Positions 11,538-24,829 of a DNA stretch of 64,000 bases are shown here, one piece after another. The notes below the pieces were generated by a model that was not told the origin of the DNA, made no database searches, and saw nothing but the letters and a program-made list of their open reading frames with translations. The first letter of the stretch is position 1. Each line of letters opens with the position of its first letter. A program made the translations under genes and the position numbers. Origin of the DNA: Octopus vulgaris (Eukaryota). Where the stretch lies: the NCBI GenBank assembly GCA_951406725.2, contig OX597837.1, forward strand, positions 9,982,001 through 10,046,000. The letters run 5' to 3'.

Positions 11538-12070
11538 GCTACTACTGTCACCACAACCACTACATCTGCCTCCCCCACCACCACCACCATCACCAGTACA
11601 CCACTACTACTATTACCAACACTAGCTCCAATACAACTACTACTACCACCACCACCACCACCAGCCCACACCATCACCATTACTACCACCACCACCTCCG
11701 CCGCCACCTCCACCACCTCCACCACCACCACCTCCACACCACTACTAATAATAATATTACTACTACTACCACCACCAGGCCCTAATCACCATTACTACCA
11801 CTACTACCACCACCACCACCAGCCCCATCACAGCTACTACTACTACTACCAACACCACCACTACCACCACTACTACTACTGCCACCACCCCCACCACCAC
11901 TATCACCACCACTACTGCTATTACCATCAAAACCACCACCACCACCTTTACTCCTATTACAAGCACCAACACCACCCCCTACTACTACTACTACTACTAC
12001 TACCAACCCCCACCACCATTATCGGGGTCAACGCCTCTCCACCACCATGACCACCACCACCACAACCACC
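11480..12070. repeat. Compound (CAC/TAC)n trinucleotide microsatellite
   Basis: Visible simple repeat. Confidence 0.9.
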
Positions 12071-12212
12071 TGCTGCATGTTAATACATCACAAATGCTGA
12101 CTTGGCTGCACCACGCACGTGCATTCGTTTACACTTTGTGACGTCATCGGAGGGTGGCGCGGATGGAAGGGCGGGGAATGCGCTTGAGAAACCGAAACTA
12201 CAGCCCAGACGA

Positions 12213-12396
12213 TATGTGTGTGCGTGTGTGTGTGTACATATATCTGTGTGTGTGTGTACATATATCTGTGTGTGTGTGTACATATATCTGTGTGTGTGTG
12301 TACATATATCTGTGTGTGTGTGTACATATATCTGTGTGTGTGTGTACATATATCTGTGTGTGTGTGTACATATATCTGTGTGTGTGTGTACATATA

Positions 12397-12429
<33 letters not shown>

Positions 12430-12662
12430 ATATATCTGTGTGTGTGTCTATGTAGTTGTATAATTGTGTGAGTGCTGGCAGCTTTGTGTTTCTGGATTAG
12501 TATTGTGTGTGCATGTGTGTGTGTGTGTGTGTGTGTGCGTGTGTGTGCATGTGTGTGTGTGTGCGTGTGTGTGTGTGTGTTCCTGTGTGTGTGTGTGTTT
12601 GTTGTGTGTGTGTGTGTGTGTGCGTGTGTTCATGTGTGTGTGTTTGTTTGTGTGTGCGCGTG

Positions 12663-12730
<68 letters not shown>

Positions 12731-12896
12731 CCTGTGTGTGTGTGTGTTTGTTTGTGTGTGTGTGTGTCTGCGTGTGTTCATGTGTGTGTGTTTGTTTGTG
12801 TGTGTGTGCGTGTGTGTGCGTGTGTTCATGTGTGTGTGTTTGTTTGTGTGTGCGCGTGTGTGTGCGTGTGTGTACGTGTGTGTGTGTGTGCGTGTA

Positions 12897-12937
<41 letters not shown>

Positions 12938-13280
12938 GTATGTGTGCGCGTGTGTGTGTGCGTTTGTGTGTGTGTGCGTGTGTATTCATGTGTCTGTTTG
13001 TGTGCGTGTTTTTATGTGTGTGCGTAGGGATTTGCTGTGATATGTGTGTAAGAAGTGTGTGTGTGAATGTGTGTGTATGCATGCGTGTGTGTGTATTTGT
13101 AGCATGTGTGTATGTATTTATGTATCACTGTATGTTTTTCTATAGTTGTGTATGTGTTGGTATGTGTACGTGTAGGTGTCTATGTACGTAATGCATATGC
13201 TTGTGTGTGTGTGTATGGATCTCTATTGTGCACGCGTGTGTGAATGTATGTGTGTGTATGCGTGTGTTTACGGTGAGTGA
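12213..13280. repeat. 22-bp minisatellite (gtacatatatctgtgtgtgtgt) at ~12233-12447, followed by a long degenerate (TG)n tract
   Basis: Visible tandem units. Confidence 0.9.
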
Positions 13281-15267
13281 ACAGTGGCGAATGATAGATG
13301 ACTGGTAATTGATGGCGAGTGGTTAATGATTGATAAAGGAAGACATAGGGGAGGGTAGTAGAGGATTGATAATGGATGACAGATGGCAAATGGTGGATGG
13401 TTGATGATTGATGGTGAGCGGTGTGTGATTAATGACTAGTAGTGGATGGTGAGTGATGCATGGTTGATGGTGGAAGACAGAAGGGGATTATGGAGGACTG
13501 ATAATGATTGAAGAATGAAGGATGAGGGATACCAAGTGGTGGATGATTGATGGTTGATGGTGAGTAGTGGGTGGTTGATAATTGATGCTGGATGGTGAGT
13601 GATGAATGGTGGATGATGGAAGACTGAAGGTGAGTAGTAGAGGTTTGATGATGAATGATAGATAGAAAATTGTGGATGGTTGATGATTGATGGTGAGGTA
13701 TGAATGATTGAGGGCGAGTGATGCGACGTGCATCCTGAGAGGTAGAAGATAGAGGATGGTGGAAGATGGATGACGAATAGTGAGTGGTGAGTAATGGAGA
13801 GTGAATTTTGAGTGATAAATGATGTTTCATGCTACTTGGATGTACAGATATTGGCGAATAAGAGGGTTTGTTGGTGACATGCTCGACGACGATGATGATG
13901 ATGATGATGATGATGATGATATATGTGTGGTGGGGGTATGTGTGTGTGTGTGTGTACTGATTAATGAAGACGCTACAATGCATAACGATAGTGATGCAAG
14001 GTAAACTTACGAGTATGCGTTTCTAGTAAAAGTAATCGTAGCTTCGCAGCCTGGCTCTGAATATTGACAGTCTGTGTACTTTCCACACCAAAGGTTAAAA
14101 ATATACATTCTTCTTTGCATCGTGTTGCTTTTAATTAATTCACTTAGCTAGCGCTTGCACTATTATGCAAATTAGACAAGCCTAGTCAGCCCTGCGTCAG
14201 ATTGTGTATACTATAAATAGCAATAAGTCAATTTTTCTCAGGAAATGAGCGACTAAGAATATCTCAATGTGTTTGACCTCATCCTTCACACTTTCATACG
14301 GAATTCTTTTTTTTTTTTTTTTCATCTTCCATTTTTAATCAAAATATTCAGAAAGATATAAAAAAATTGTTAATTCTTAAAATGCAATACTATAAAAATT
14401 AATAGCTTTTTGCATCACGGGTTTCTTTAATAGAAGAACTATCAAGTGGTAGCATTAAATCTCTGTCTTTTATCGTTTGCTTAAGTCATTGGACTGCGAC
14501 CATGCTGGTGCACCGCCCTCAAGATTTTCTGTCGAACAGATCGATCCTAGGACTGATTTTTTAAATGTGGTAAATGTTCTATTGCGTTTTGATTTTTTTT
14601 TTTTTTTGTTTGTCTTTTTGCTGAGCTGCTAGCTTACTGGGATATACACAAACCAACACCGGTTGTCAAGCGGTGTGGGGGGCACAAACAAAGACGTAAA
14701 GACACACATACGGACACACGTATGTGTCTATTACGTGTGTGTGGGGGGGCTAATGGGATTCCGCATAGTTTTCGTTTACCCGTTTCACTCACTCGGCATT
14801 GTTCGGCCGGGGACTATCGTAGAAGATACTTGTCCAAGGTGCCGCATAGTGGAACTGAACCCAGAATCATATGCTTGAAAAGTGAGCTTCTTACCCACCC
14901 ACACAGCCTTGCCCACGCCTAGACAAATGAATTAAATCACAATACCATTCACCCACGACCACCACCACCAACCAATTTCTCGTTGTATAGAAAATAACAA
15001 ACACGGGAAGCAAAATAATCGATATGCTATATTTTTCTGGGGACCTGGGGCGTGGCTGTGTGTTTAGGGGTTTGGGTATTACTATTCGAATTTATGATTC
15101 AGAATAAATCCTACTCTATGATCCTTTGGGCAAAGCGTCTTGTACTACAGTCCCGGGGCCGACCAAGGCCTTGTGAGTCGATTCGGTAAACGAAAACTGA
15201 AAAACCCTCGTCGTATAAATGTGTGTGTGTGTGTGTATTTATTTTAGTTGTGCTTTATGGTAGTGTT

Positions 15268-15376
15268 GGCTCTGGGTTCTCCTGTTTGTGTGGCATGGTG
15301 CAGGATCCTGTTGACAGACATAGGATCTTCCAGCAGCCACCCTCTTGACCCAGGCCAGCACTACTCCAACACGGAG
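15268..15376 (-). mobile_element. Tc1/mariner transposase fragment embedded among SINE family 1 partial repeats
   Basis: Peptide VVLAWVKRVAAGRSYVCQQDPAPCHT, the QQDxAPxH second catalytic Asp motif. Confidence 0.75.
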
Positions 15377-15439
15377 GTTTCCGACCCCATAACTGAAGTC
15401 GATTCGGTAAACGGAAACTGAAAAACTCACGTCGTATAA

Positions 15440-15496
<57 letters not shown>

Positions 15497-16630
15497 TGTG
15501 TCTGTGTGTGTCTGTGTCTTGGTGTCTGCGTTTGTCTCTCCACCGCTAAACAACCGCTGTTGTTTTGTTTACAACCTCGTAACTAAAGTCGATTCGGTAA
15601 ACGGAAACTGAAAAGCCCTCGTCGTATAAATGTGTGTGTGTGTGTGTGTGTGTCTGTGTCTGTGTCTTGGTGTCTGCGTTTGTCTCTCCACCGCTTAACA
15701 ACTGGTGCTGTTTTGTTTACGACCCGATTACTAAACGGTTCAGCAAAAGAGAATGATAGAACATGTACCAGACTTGAAAGAAAAAATTAATAATAAGTAC
15801 CAGGGTCAATTCGTTCGACAAAATCCCCGTCATGGTGGTGCTCCAGCATGACCGTTGCCCAATAACTAAAACAGACAAAAAAGACAAAAAAAAAGCAAAA
15901 GGTGGCCCTGTGCGGCACATAGCTCCAGCTACGCCACAGATCACAAGTGTTGTTTGTCGTGACGTCGGCATCCGATCGTGTTGTATCATTATTCATTCGC
16001 TAATTTTATTAATTTCTCCTCCCGTTCATTGTCTCGGCAATGGACAGCCTTCATGACGGGTCGCTTTACCAAACTGGAAACAGTGAATGCAACGGCAATA
16101 ATATCTCGGAATCACTGTACCATGATGTCAGACAATGATTGTCAATAGTCACGATCGGTAATTATATCCCACGACAACGAGTTTATGTTTCAAGCAATCC
16201 TATCGTGTTGAAAATGGTAAAAACTGACGTCTGGAAATGTTCATCTTAGATTATCTGTACCAATTTAGAAATGAAAGCAGCGATAGACGAAAATGTCTAT
16301 CGCTGCTTTCAGTCAACAAGCGGTTTTCTTTTTTTTTTGTGTTTTTAATTCTTTTTTATTTTTCTTTGCTTTCCTGGCAATAACGAATTAAGATTATTAA
16401 GTTTGCTGGATATGTTGCTAAGGAAAGAGATATCATGCTTCATGATTTATAGCAATAAAGGAAGCGGAAGGTGGGGGTGTTTTGTTGCAAAAATATATTC
16501 TATAATTTCTAACAAACATTCCGACAAAGCGAACAACACACAGAGTACAGTTGCCTTTTGACAAGCATCCTACTTTCAGTACAAAATATATATGATACAA
16601 AATGCTTCATCATTATTATTAAGACGGTAG

Positions 16631-16955
16631 GGCGGCGAGCTGGCAGAAACGTTAGCAGATCGAGCGAAATGCTTAGCCGTATTTCGTCTGCCGTTAACGT
16701 TCTGAGTTCAAATTCCGCCGAGGTCGACTTTGCCTTTCATCCTTTCGGAGTCGATTAAATAAGTACCAATCACGCACTGGGGGTTCGATATAATCGACTT
16801 AATCCGTGTGTCTGTCCTTGTTTGTCCCCTCTGTGTTTAGCCCCTTGTGGGCAGTAAAGAAGTAGGTATTTCGTCTGCCGTTACGTTCTGAGTTCAAATT
16901 CCGCCGAGGTCGACTTTGCTATTCATCCTTTCGGGGTCGATTAAATAACTACCAG
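16631..16955 (+). mobile_element. SINE family 2 plus partial second unit
   Basis: Full head ggcggcgagctggcagaaacgttagc; second unit restarts at ggtatttcg (16865). Confidence 0.85.
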
Positions 16956-17072
16956 ACTTAATACAAAAAGAAAAAAGCTCATACACACACATACACAAAC
17001 ACGCACACACACACATACACACACACATATACACACACTCACACATACACACACATACACACACATACACAC

Positions 17073-17124
<52 letters not shown>

Positions 17125-17194
17125 ACACTCACACACACACATACACACACACACACATATACACACACAAACATACATATATATATAAGGATAG

Positions 17195-17243
<49 letters not shown>

Positions 17244-17254
17244 TGTATGTACAT

Positions 17255-17289
<35 letters not shown>

Positions 17290-17586
17290 ACACTGGTATA
17301 ATGAGATCGGGTCTACGGCTGGCACCAGGTCTCATGTCACAATGGGAGTTTAGAAGTACTTTTGCCTGACACCGTGATAAGGAAATTCGATATCTCTGTA
17401 CAATCTCTCTCGCTTGAAATTTGTTGACTTTGGACACGACAATCACTCATTCATACACAGCTACCGATGTATGCACATGGTTAAGCTCATACGCACGCAC
17501 ACATAGACTCAGTATAGCCCCCCCCACACACACACACACACACGCAACACACACACACACACACACACAACACACACACACGCACT

Positions 17587-17623
<37 letters not shown>

Positions 17624-17790
17624 GCATCATACACAAACACACGCTCACACACGCACATATATATACACGCATACTTATACACATACATTCAGTTTAGCCC
17701 GCCCCCCACACACACATATACACAACACACACACGCACTCGCACACATATATATGCATATATACACACAGGCATCATACACAAGCACACG

Positions 17791-17826
<36 letters not shown>

Positions 17827-18021
17827 CACGCATACTTATACTCATACATTCAGTATATTTTTATGCAATAGAAAGAGATATAAGGAAAAATAAAATCCTA
17901 TGATAAAATAATATACACACGAGTATATATCAAAATATATATATGTGTGTGTGCGCGCGCGCGCGTGTGTGTATACATATCGTTTTGTTCTTTTATTTGT
18001 TTTATATATATATATAGTTGT

Positions 18022-18391
18022 CGTGGCTGTGTGGTAAGTAGCTTGCTTACCAACCACATAGTTTCGGATTCAGTCCCACTACGTGGGTTCTTGGGCAAGT
18101 GCCTTTTACTATAGCCTCGGGCTGACCAAAGCCTTGTGAGTGGATTTGGTAGATGGAAACTGAAAGAAGCCCGTCGTATATATATATATTTGTAAGTGTG
18201 TGTCTGTGTTTGTCCCCCCAACATCGCCTGACAACCGATGCTGGTGTGTTTACGTCTCTGTAACTTAGCGGTTCGGCAAAAGAGACCGATAGAATAAGTA
18301 CTAGGCTTACAAAGAATATTCTGGGGTCGGCTTGCTCGACTAATGGTGGTGCTCCAGCATAGCCACAGTCAAAATGGCTGAAACAAGTAAA

Positions 18392-18394
<3 letters not shown>
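18022..18394 (+). mobile_element. SINE family 1, full length (extra 3' end at ~18502-18600)
   Basis: Same head, body and tail as other copies. Confidence 0.9.
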
Positions 18395-18445
<51 letters not shown>

Positions 18446-19088
18446 AGTCATAGTTAGTTTCTATATATGCGTGTTTCTATATACTATATAGTTTCTATAT
18501 ACTAGGCTTGCAAAGAATAAGTCCTGGGGTCGGCTTGCTCGACTAATGGCGATGCTCCAGCATGGCCACAGTCAAATTACTGAAACGAGTAAAAGCGTAA
18601 AATAGTATATATGTCCGGTTATTAATCGAGGTTGTTATCAATCGGTGCAAAGTACTAAGCAACCACGATTTCAGTCATTATCTTTGATAGACCTCTCACT
18701 GACAAGACGTATTAGTTCGTCAGGGTAGAGATTTGTGTATGTGTGCTTTCCGGTCATTTAGTAATAAACGTTATTCCAGCGATGTATTGTTTTTGACTGT
18801 CCCCTTCGTAAGTTCCATCCTTCCAGAAAACTGTATCTCTTTCTTCTTGTTAAGATCTAAAAATTCAGATCTGATGTTCGTGATAACCACGGCAAATCAT
18901 TCACTGTTTTCTCCAAGCAGAGGACTACTTAATCTGGATTAGAACCATTCCGTGTTTTCCCTTCCTTTTATTGTTGTTAGAAGACCAATCAAGACAGTTT
19001 TGAGGTTGAACAAGCGAAATTTGGTAAGAAAATGTTTATTCTATACGTTTACGTATGTGTACATTTATATGTGTGTGTGTGTTTATGT

Positions 19089-19135
<47 letters not shown>

Positions 19136-19138
<3 letters not shown>

Positions 19139-19320
19139 CCACTACACACATTTTTCTCTCCTTGTTTCTCTCCTTGTTTTTTCTGTGTCCCTTTCTGTAA
19201 AAGAGCGTAGGCTTGAAACGTAAAAGACTCTTTCTATTCCTGAGCGCTATAGTAATACATCTGTTTGTTTTGTACACCACCTGTCTTCGTCTTCTGTTTT
19301 TTTTATAAACTCTCCCTATA
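19136..19320 (+). mobile_element. Microsatellite-flanked short element, family B, with degenerate hammerhead-like motif at 19191-19226
   Basis: Copies at ~20800-20990 (+), 35530-35725 (+) and ~26355-26495 (-). Confidence 0.7.
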
Positions 19321-19719
19321 GATATGTGTGTTATTTGTTTGTATGTGAATGTGTTTATGCCTGCGAATATGTGTGTGTGTGCGTGCGTCTGTATGTGAAT
19401 GTCTGTGTATGTGTGTGTTTGTGTGTTTGAGTATGCGTATGTGATGTGCGGAAGTACATGTTTGTCTCCGTATGTCTGTGTCTATATGTGTATGTGTGTA
19501 CGTCTTATATTTTGTTTTGTCATGCTCTTTTACCTACCGACCCTGTAGCTTCTGATGATAAATTACTTGCTCTTGACATATTGGGCTTCCAGAATATTTA
19601 TCTAAGCCATGTTTGCTTTCCTTTTCCTTCTTCCTTTTGTTTATACTGTATGCTCTTGTTTTTCACTCTGATGAAGCTCCGTTGCCTTAATTCGAATACC
19701 CTATGAAGAGGAAGCACTT

Positions 19720-20136
19720 GGATCTTTTCGGTTTGAACGGCAGTTTTTTTCTAGCGGTGTCATATGAAATTGTCACCCATAATTATGACCCTAGAATCGA
19801 TCTATTGCATTTCAATCTCTTTTAGGGTTAGGGTTAGGGGTGGGGGAAGGGTATTTTTTTTTTCTTCACAAATATAAATAAACCCAATCTGTTTCTTAAA
19901 TGAGGGACATATTCATATGGCACAGAATGCTTTTACCTCAATGGACGTAATTGATTGGTTGAAATTGCAGAAATTGAAGAAAAATAACAACAAATTTCTT
20001 ACAAACTATAGAATTTTCTCAATAAAGCCAAGAGAAAAAGATATTTCATAAACATATTCTACCAGTATAGGAAGTTTAAAAGTGTTTAGTTACCTAGAAA
20101 TTATGTTAAAAACTGCCGTTCAAACCGAAAAGATCC
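19720..20136. mobile_element. Merlin-like MITE with TTAGGG tract
   Basis: ~28 bp TIR with GG...CC termini; 8-bp TSD aagcactt/aagaactt. Confidence 0.8.
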
Positions 20137-20494
20137 AAGAACTTTATTCTTGCATTTATGTATAGGCTGCATTTTGGCAATCGGATCAGTAACGGCCGTA
20201 AGATATGTTACGTCTCCTATTTTGATACGTCATGCTTTGTATTTAAAAATAAGCTATAAATATGGTCCAATCAAAGGTGTTGGTTAATCTGTGGGGTTTT
20301 TTTTTTTCTAATTATTTTCATTTCGTTCCTGATAAACTCTTGTTTATCCTGTTATCTGCATTCTGTGTGCATGGTGTGCCTGCATACCATTGCCCGGGAA
20401 TAATACGGGTAACGGATACCGACAGTATACGCGGATATTTTATCCCCTAGTCGGTTACTGTAACCGCTAATTCTGTCTACATTTGACATATGTA

Positions 20495-20525
<31 letters not shown>

Positions 20526-20730
20526 CAAAGAAATAATTGAGATTCAGTTGGATAAGGTACCTGAGTTGAAGCACCAAGTCAGTCAGGTATTATCCGCACA
20601 GCTCGAAGTAAGATGAATAAAATCAAAATACGCAACAGGATATCAAATAGTGATACAATACGGCCGTTTCAAGCGGCTCCATTTAATTGAACAATGCAAC
20701 CATTACATCAACTTAGACGCAGTGCCATCC

Positions 20731-20768
<38 letters not shown>

Positions 20769-20799
20769 GACCCTTCTGTCCGAGTGACCCTTCTGTCCG

Positions 20800-20990
20800 A
20801 GTCAGTCGCTATGATAGATCGTTAGCCACTACACACATTTTCTTTTCTCTCCCTGCTTTTTTCTGTGTCCCTTTCTGTAGAAGAGCGTAGGCTCGAAACG
20901 TAAAAGACTTTTTCTATTCCTGAGCGTTATACATCTGTTTGTTTTCTACACCACCTGTCTTCGTCTTTTGTTTTTTTCGTAAACTCTCCC
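20800..20990 (+). mobile_element. Short element, family B, with hammerhead-like motif at 20871-20906
   Basis: cttt-CTGTAGA-a-gagc-gtag-gctc-GAAA-cg-TA-aaag. Confidence 0.7.
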
Positions 20991-21037
<47 letters not shown>

Positions 21038-21047
21038 CAACACACAC

Positions 21048-21683
21048 ACGAAAGGGTGCTGAGAAGTTCCTGGCTTTAAGAGTGTCGCGAAAGGCCTGAC
21101 TGGAGGCTTAGCCGTCCAAGTTCTTTTGCAGGGCTTAGAAAAACTGAAGCACCGCTGCAACAAATGAGTGAACCAAAGAGGAAAATGCAATCACAATTAG
21201 CTGATCCTCCTGTAGTCTCGGATCTTTTCGGTTTGAAAGGCAGTTTTTTCTAGCGGTGTCATATGAAATTGTCACCCATAATTATGACCCTAGTATCGAT
21301 CTATTGCATTTCAATCTGTTTTAGGGTTAGGGTTAGTTAGGGTTAGGGGTGGGGGAAGGGTATCTTTTTTTCTTCACAAATGTAAACCCAATGTTTCTTA
21401 AACGAGGGACATTTTCATACGGCACAGAATGTTTGTTACCTCAATAGTCGCCATTAATTGGTTGAAATTGCAGAAATTGAAGAAAAAAACAACAAATATC
21501 TTACAAACTATAGAATTTTCTCAATAAAGCCAAGAGAAAAAGATGTTTTATTAACACATTCTACCAGTACAGGAAGTTTAAAATTTTTTAGTTACCTAGA
21601 AATTATGTTAAAAACTGCCGGTCAAACCGAAAAGATCCGTATTCTCTTTTACTCAAAGCTAGGAACTTTTCAGCACACTCTCG
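21048..21683. mobile_element. Mariner-like non-autonomous element, interrupted by a Merlin-like MITE
   Basis: Imperfect TIRs acgaaagggtgctgagaagttcctggcttt / aaagctaggaacttttcagcacactctcg; same left end at 10472-10530 (tacgagggatgctgaaaatttcctgg). Confidence 0.65.
21220..21638. mobile_element. Merlin-like MITE with TTAGGG tract
   Basis: Same TIR as 19720-20136; 8-bp TSD gtagtctc/gtattctc. Confidence 0.8.
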
Positions 21684-22139
21684 AATGGTATTGTGTTTGT
21701 GTCTGTGCGTTTATGAGTGAAGGGGCGGGGAAGACAAAAAGAGAGGGGAGACAAAAGGAGAGAGGGAGGGAGAGACAGAAACAGAGCGGAGGAACAGAAA
21801 GAGAGATAGGGAGAGAGAGAGAGTGCTTCACTGTTTTCACGTGGTTTGCAATTTTGTGAGTAGGTTTAAATTAAAATCTACGCAGCCAGTTTTTAGATTT
21901 GTCCAACAAACCGCAGAAACACGACAGCTAGCAATGCAAAAAAGTACAGTGTTTGCTCATTGTGTAAACTTGCCACCGCCTATTTATTAACCACTTCTAA
22001 CTTGTCTCTTCTGAGAAAATGTACTGAAATGACACCCAGCTTTATCTGTTGATAGACTGTCAAACTTAACTTGAGAGACTCTTAAGATAAGAGTCAAGAC
22101 TCCAAAAGGAGAGCGGGCAAAGGAGATCAGCGCTACGGA

Positions 22140-22962
22140 TACTCTTTACTCTTATATTTATTTCAGTCATTTGACTGCGGCCATGCTGGAGCACCGACTT
22201 CAGCCGAACAAATCGATCGCAGGACTTATTCTTTGTAAGCCTAGTACTTATTCCATCGGTCTCTTTTGCCGAACCGCTAAGTGACGGGGACATTAAACAC
22301 ACCAGCATCGGTCGTCAAGCAATGCTAGGGGGACAAACACAGACACAAACACCCACTCCCCCCCAACATACACATATATACATATACATACATATATACG
22401 ACCGGCTTCTTTCAGTTTCCGTCTACCAAATCCACTCACAAGGCTTATTCTATCGGTCTCTTTTGCCGAACCGCTATGTGACGGGGACATAAACACACCA
22501 GCATCGGTTGTCAAGCGATGTTGGGGACACACACACACACAAACATATACACACACATACATATATATACACATATATACGATGGGCTTCTTTCAGTTTC
22601 CGCCTACCAAATCCACTCACAAGGCTTTGGTCGGCCCGAGGCTATAGTAAAGACACTTGCCCAAGGTGCCACACAGTGGGATGAACCCGAAACCAAGTGG
22701 TTCGTAAGCAAGCTACTAACCACACAGCCATACTCTTACTCTTTTACTCTTTTACTTGTTTCAGTCATTTGACTGCGGCCATGCTGGAGCACCGCCTTTA
22801 GTCGAGCAAATCGACCCGGGACTTATTCTTTGTAAGCCCAGTACTTATTCTATCGATCTCTTTTGCCGAACCGCTAAGTAACGGGGACGTAAACACACAC
22901 CAGCATCGGTTGTCAAGCAATGCTAGGGGGACAAACACAGACACACAAACAAACACACACAT

Positions 22963-23018
<56 letters not shown>

Positions 23019-23177
23019 GACAGGCTTCTTTCAGTTTCCGTCTACCAAATCCACTCACAAGGCATTGGTCGGCCCGGGGCTATAGCAGAAGACACTTGCC
23101 CAAGATGCCACGCAGTGGGACTGAACCCTGAACCATGTGGTTGGTTAGCAAGCTACTTACCACACAGCCACTCCTGC
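22140..23177 (-). mobile_element. Cluster of three tandem SINE family 1 copies
   Basis: Repeated tail, body and head motifs at ~22140-22445, 22445-22730 and 22733-23177. Confidence 0.85.
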
Positions 23178-23302
23178 GTAGTATTTATTTTTTATTATTT
23201 TTATAATTGTATATATTTATTTTATTATGAATGCAAAACACCAAGGAGGAATCGACGCATGTTTGAGCATATATACATACATACATACATATATATATGC
23301 AT

Positions 23303-23391
23303 CTTGGGCAAGTGTCTTCTGCTATAGCCTCGGGCCGACCAAAGTCTGGTGAGTGGATTTGGTAGACGGAAACTGAAAGAAGCCTGTCGTA

Positions 23392-23477
<86 letters not shown>

Positions 23478-23674
23478 TCCCCCTAGCATTGCTTGACAAC
23501 CGATGCTGGTGTGTTTACGTCCCCGTTACTTAGCGGTTCGGCAAAAGAGACCGATAGAATAAGTACTGGGCTTACAAAAAGAATAAGTCCCGGGGTCGAT
23601 TTGCTCGACTAAAAGGCGGTGCTCCAGCATGGCCGCAGTCAAATGACTGAAACAAGTAAAAGAGTAAAAGAGAG
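23303..23674 (+). mobile_element. SINE family 1, 5'-truncated, inverted relative to the adjacent cluster
   Basis: Runs from cttgggcaagtgtctt to gaaacaagtaaaagag. Confidence 0.9.
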
Positions 23675-23983
23675 TATATATATATATATATATATATACA
23701 CTCACACACACGCATAACTACGTGCACGTGGAGTGGAAGGCAACGTCCCCTCCTGACCACGGTTCAATGACCGCAACCAGTAAAATTATGGTAAAAGTAC
23801 GAAAGAATATAAAAAAAGAAGAGGAATTAGATAAACATCGATGAATATTGATTGCATTATTTAAGAGAATGCCCGTCCATGTGTTGTATGAGCGGATGCC
23901 AGTAAGCGTGTGTAGACGGCGCTTGCGTACACTCTCACCAATCCACACGCACACGCCACACATACACACGCAGGGATATATAT

Positions 23984-24026
<43 letters not shown>

Positions 24027-24287
24027 TAGACACTCATGCACTCATTAATTTATACACTTACACACAGATAGATATATATGTATATATATATATATATCTA
24101 TATATATATATGTATATATATATATATGTATATATATATACACACACACAAATATACCTACACATATACAGACACCCAAACACATACTCACATATGCTCA
24201 CATCCACACACGCATACACACACACATTTATAAATACATATAGGAATATGCATAAATATATATATATATATACATACATACATACAT

Positions 24288-24338
<51 letters not shown>

Positions 24339-24415
24339 GAACATAGACACATACATGCACTCACACACAAGGATAAACACACACACACACACACATACAC
24401 ATAGATATATATAAC

Positions 24416-24446
<31 letters not shown>

Positions 24447-24746
24447 TGCACAAACATAAATCTACCTACACATATACAGACACCCAGACACATACTCACA
24501 CACACATACACATACACACACACACACACATACACACACGTACAGACCTACCTACAGACACATACATGCCATCGTAATATATTCAACCTTTGCCAAAATA
24601 CGAGAAACAGAGGTGAGAAGTGTTGAGTTAAGTATCAGCTGGTTTTATTGATTTCTAGTCTCGAGTCGAGTGTGAGAGTGGAGGGGAGCGATGACGCAGT
24701 GGCGCGGTGGATAGAGGAGACAGCTTACCAATCGATGGAGAGCTCA

Positions 24747-24807
<61 letters not shown>

Positions 24808-24829
24808 CTTCACAACTAAGCGTGCAGGT

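Noticed and set aside
11480-12070. His/Tyr/Thr-rich and Gly/Val-rich ORFs
   Set aside because: Trinucleotide microsatellite with no complex coding sequence or convincing splice sites.
18660-18730. Minus-strand CTGACGA ... GAAA as another hammerhead
   Set aside because: The bases after CUGACGA do not pair with those before GAAA, and stem I is not evident.
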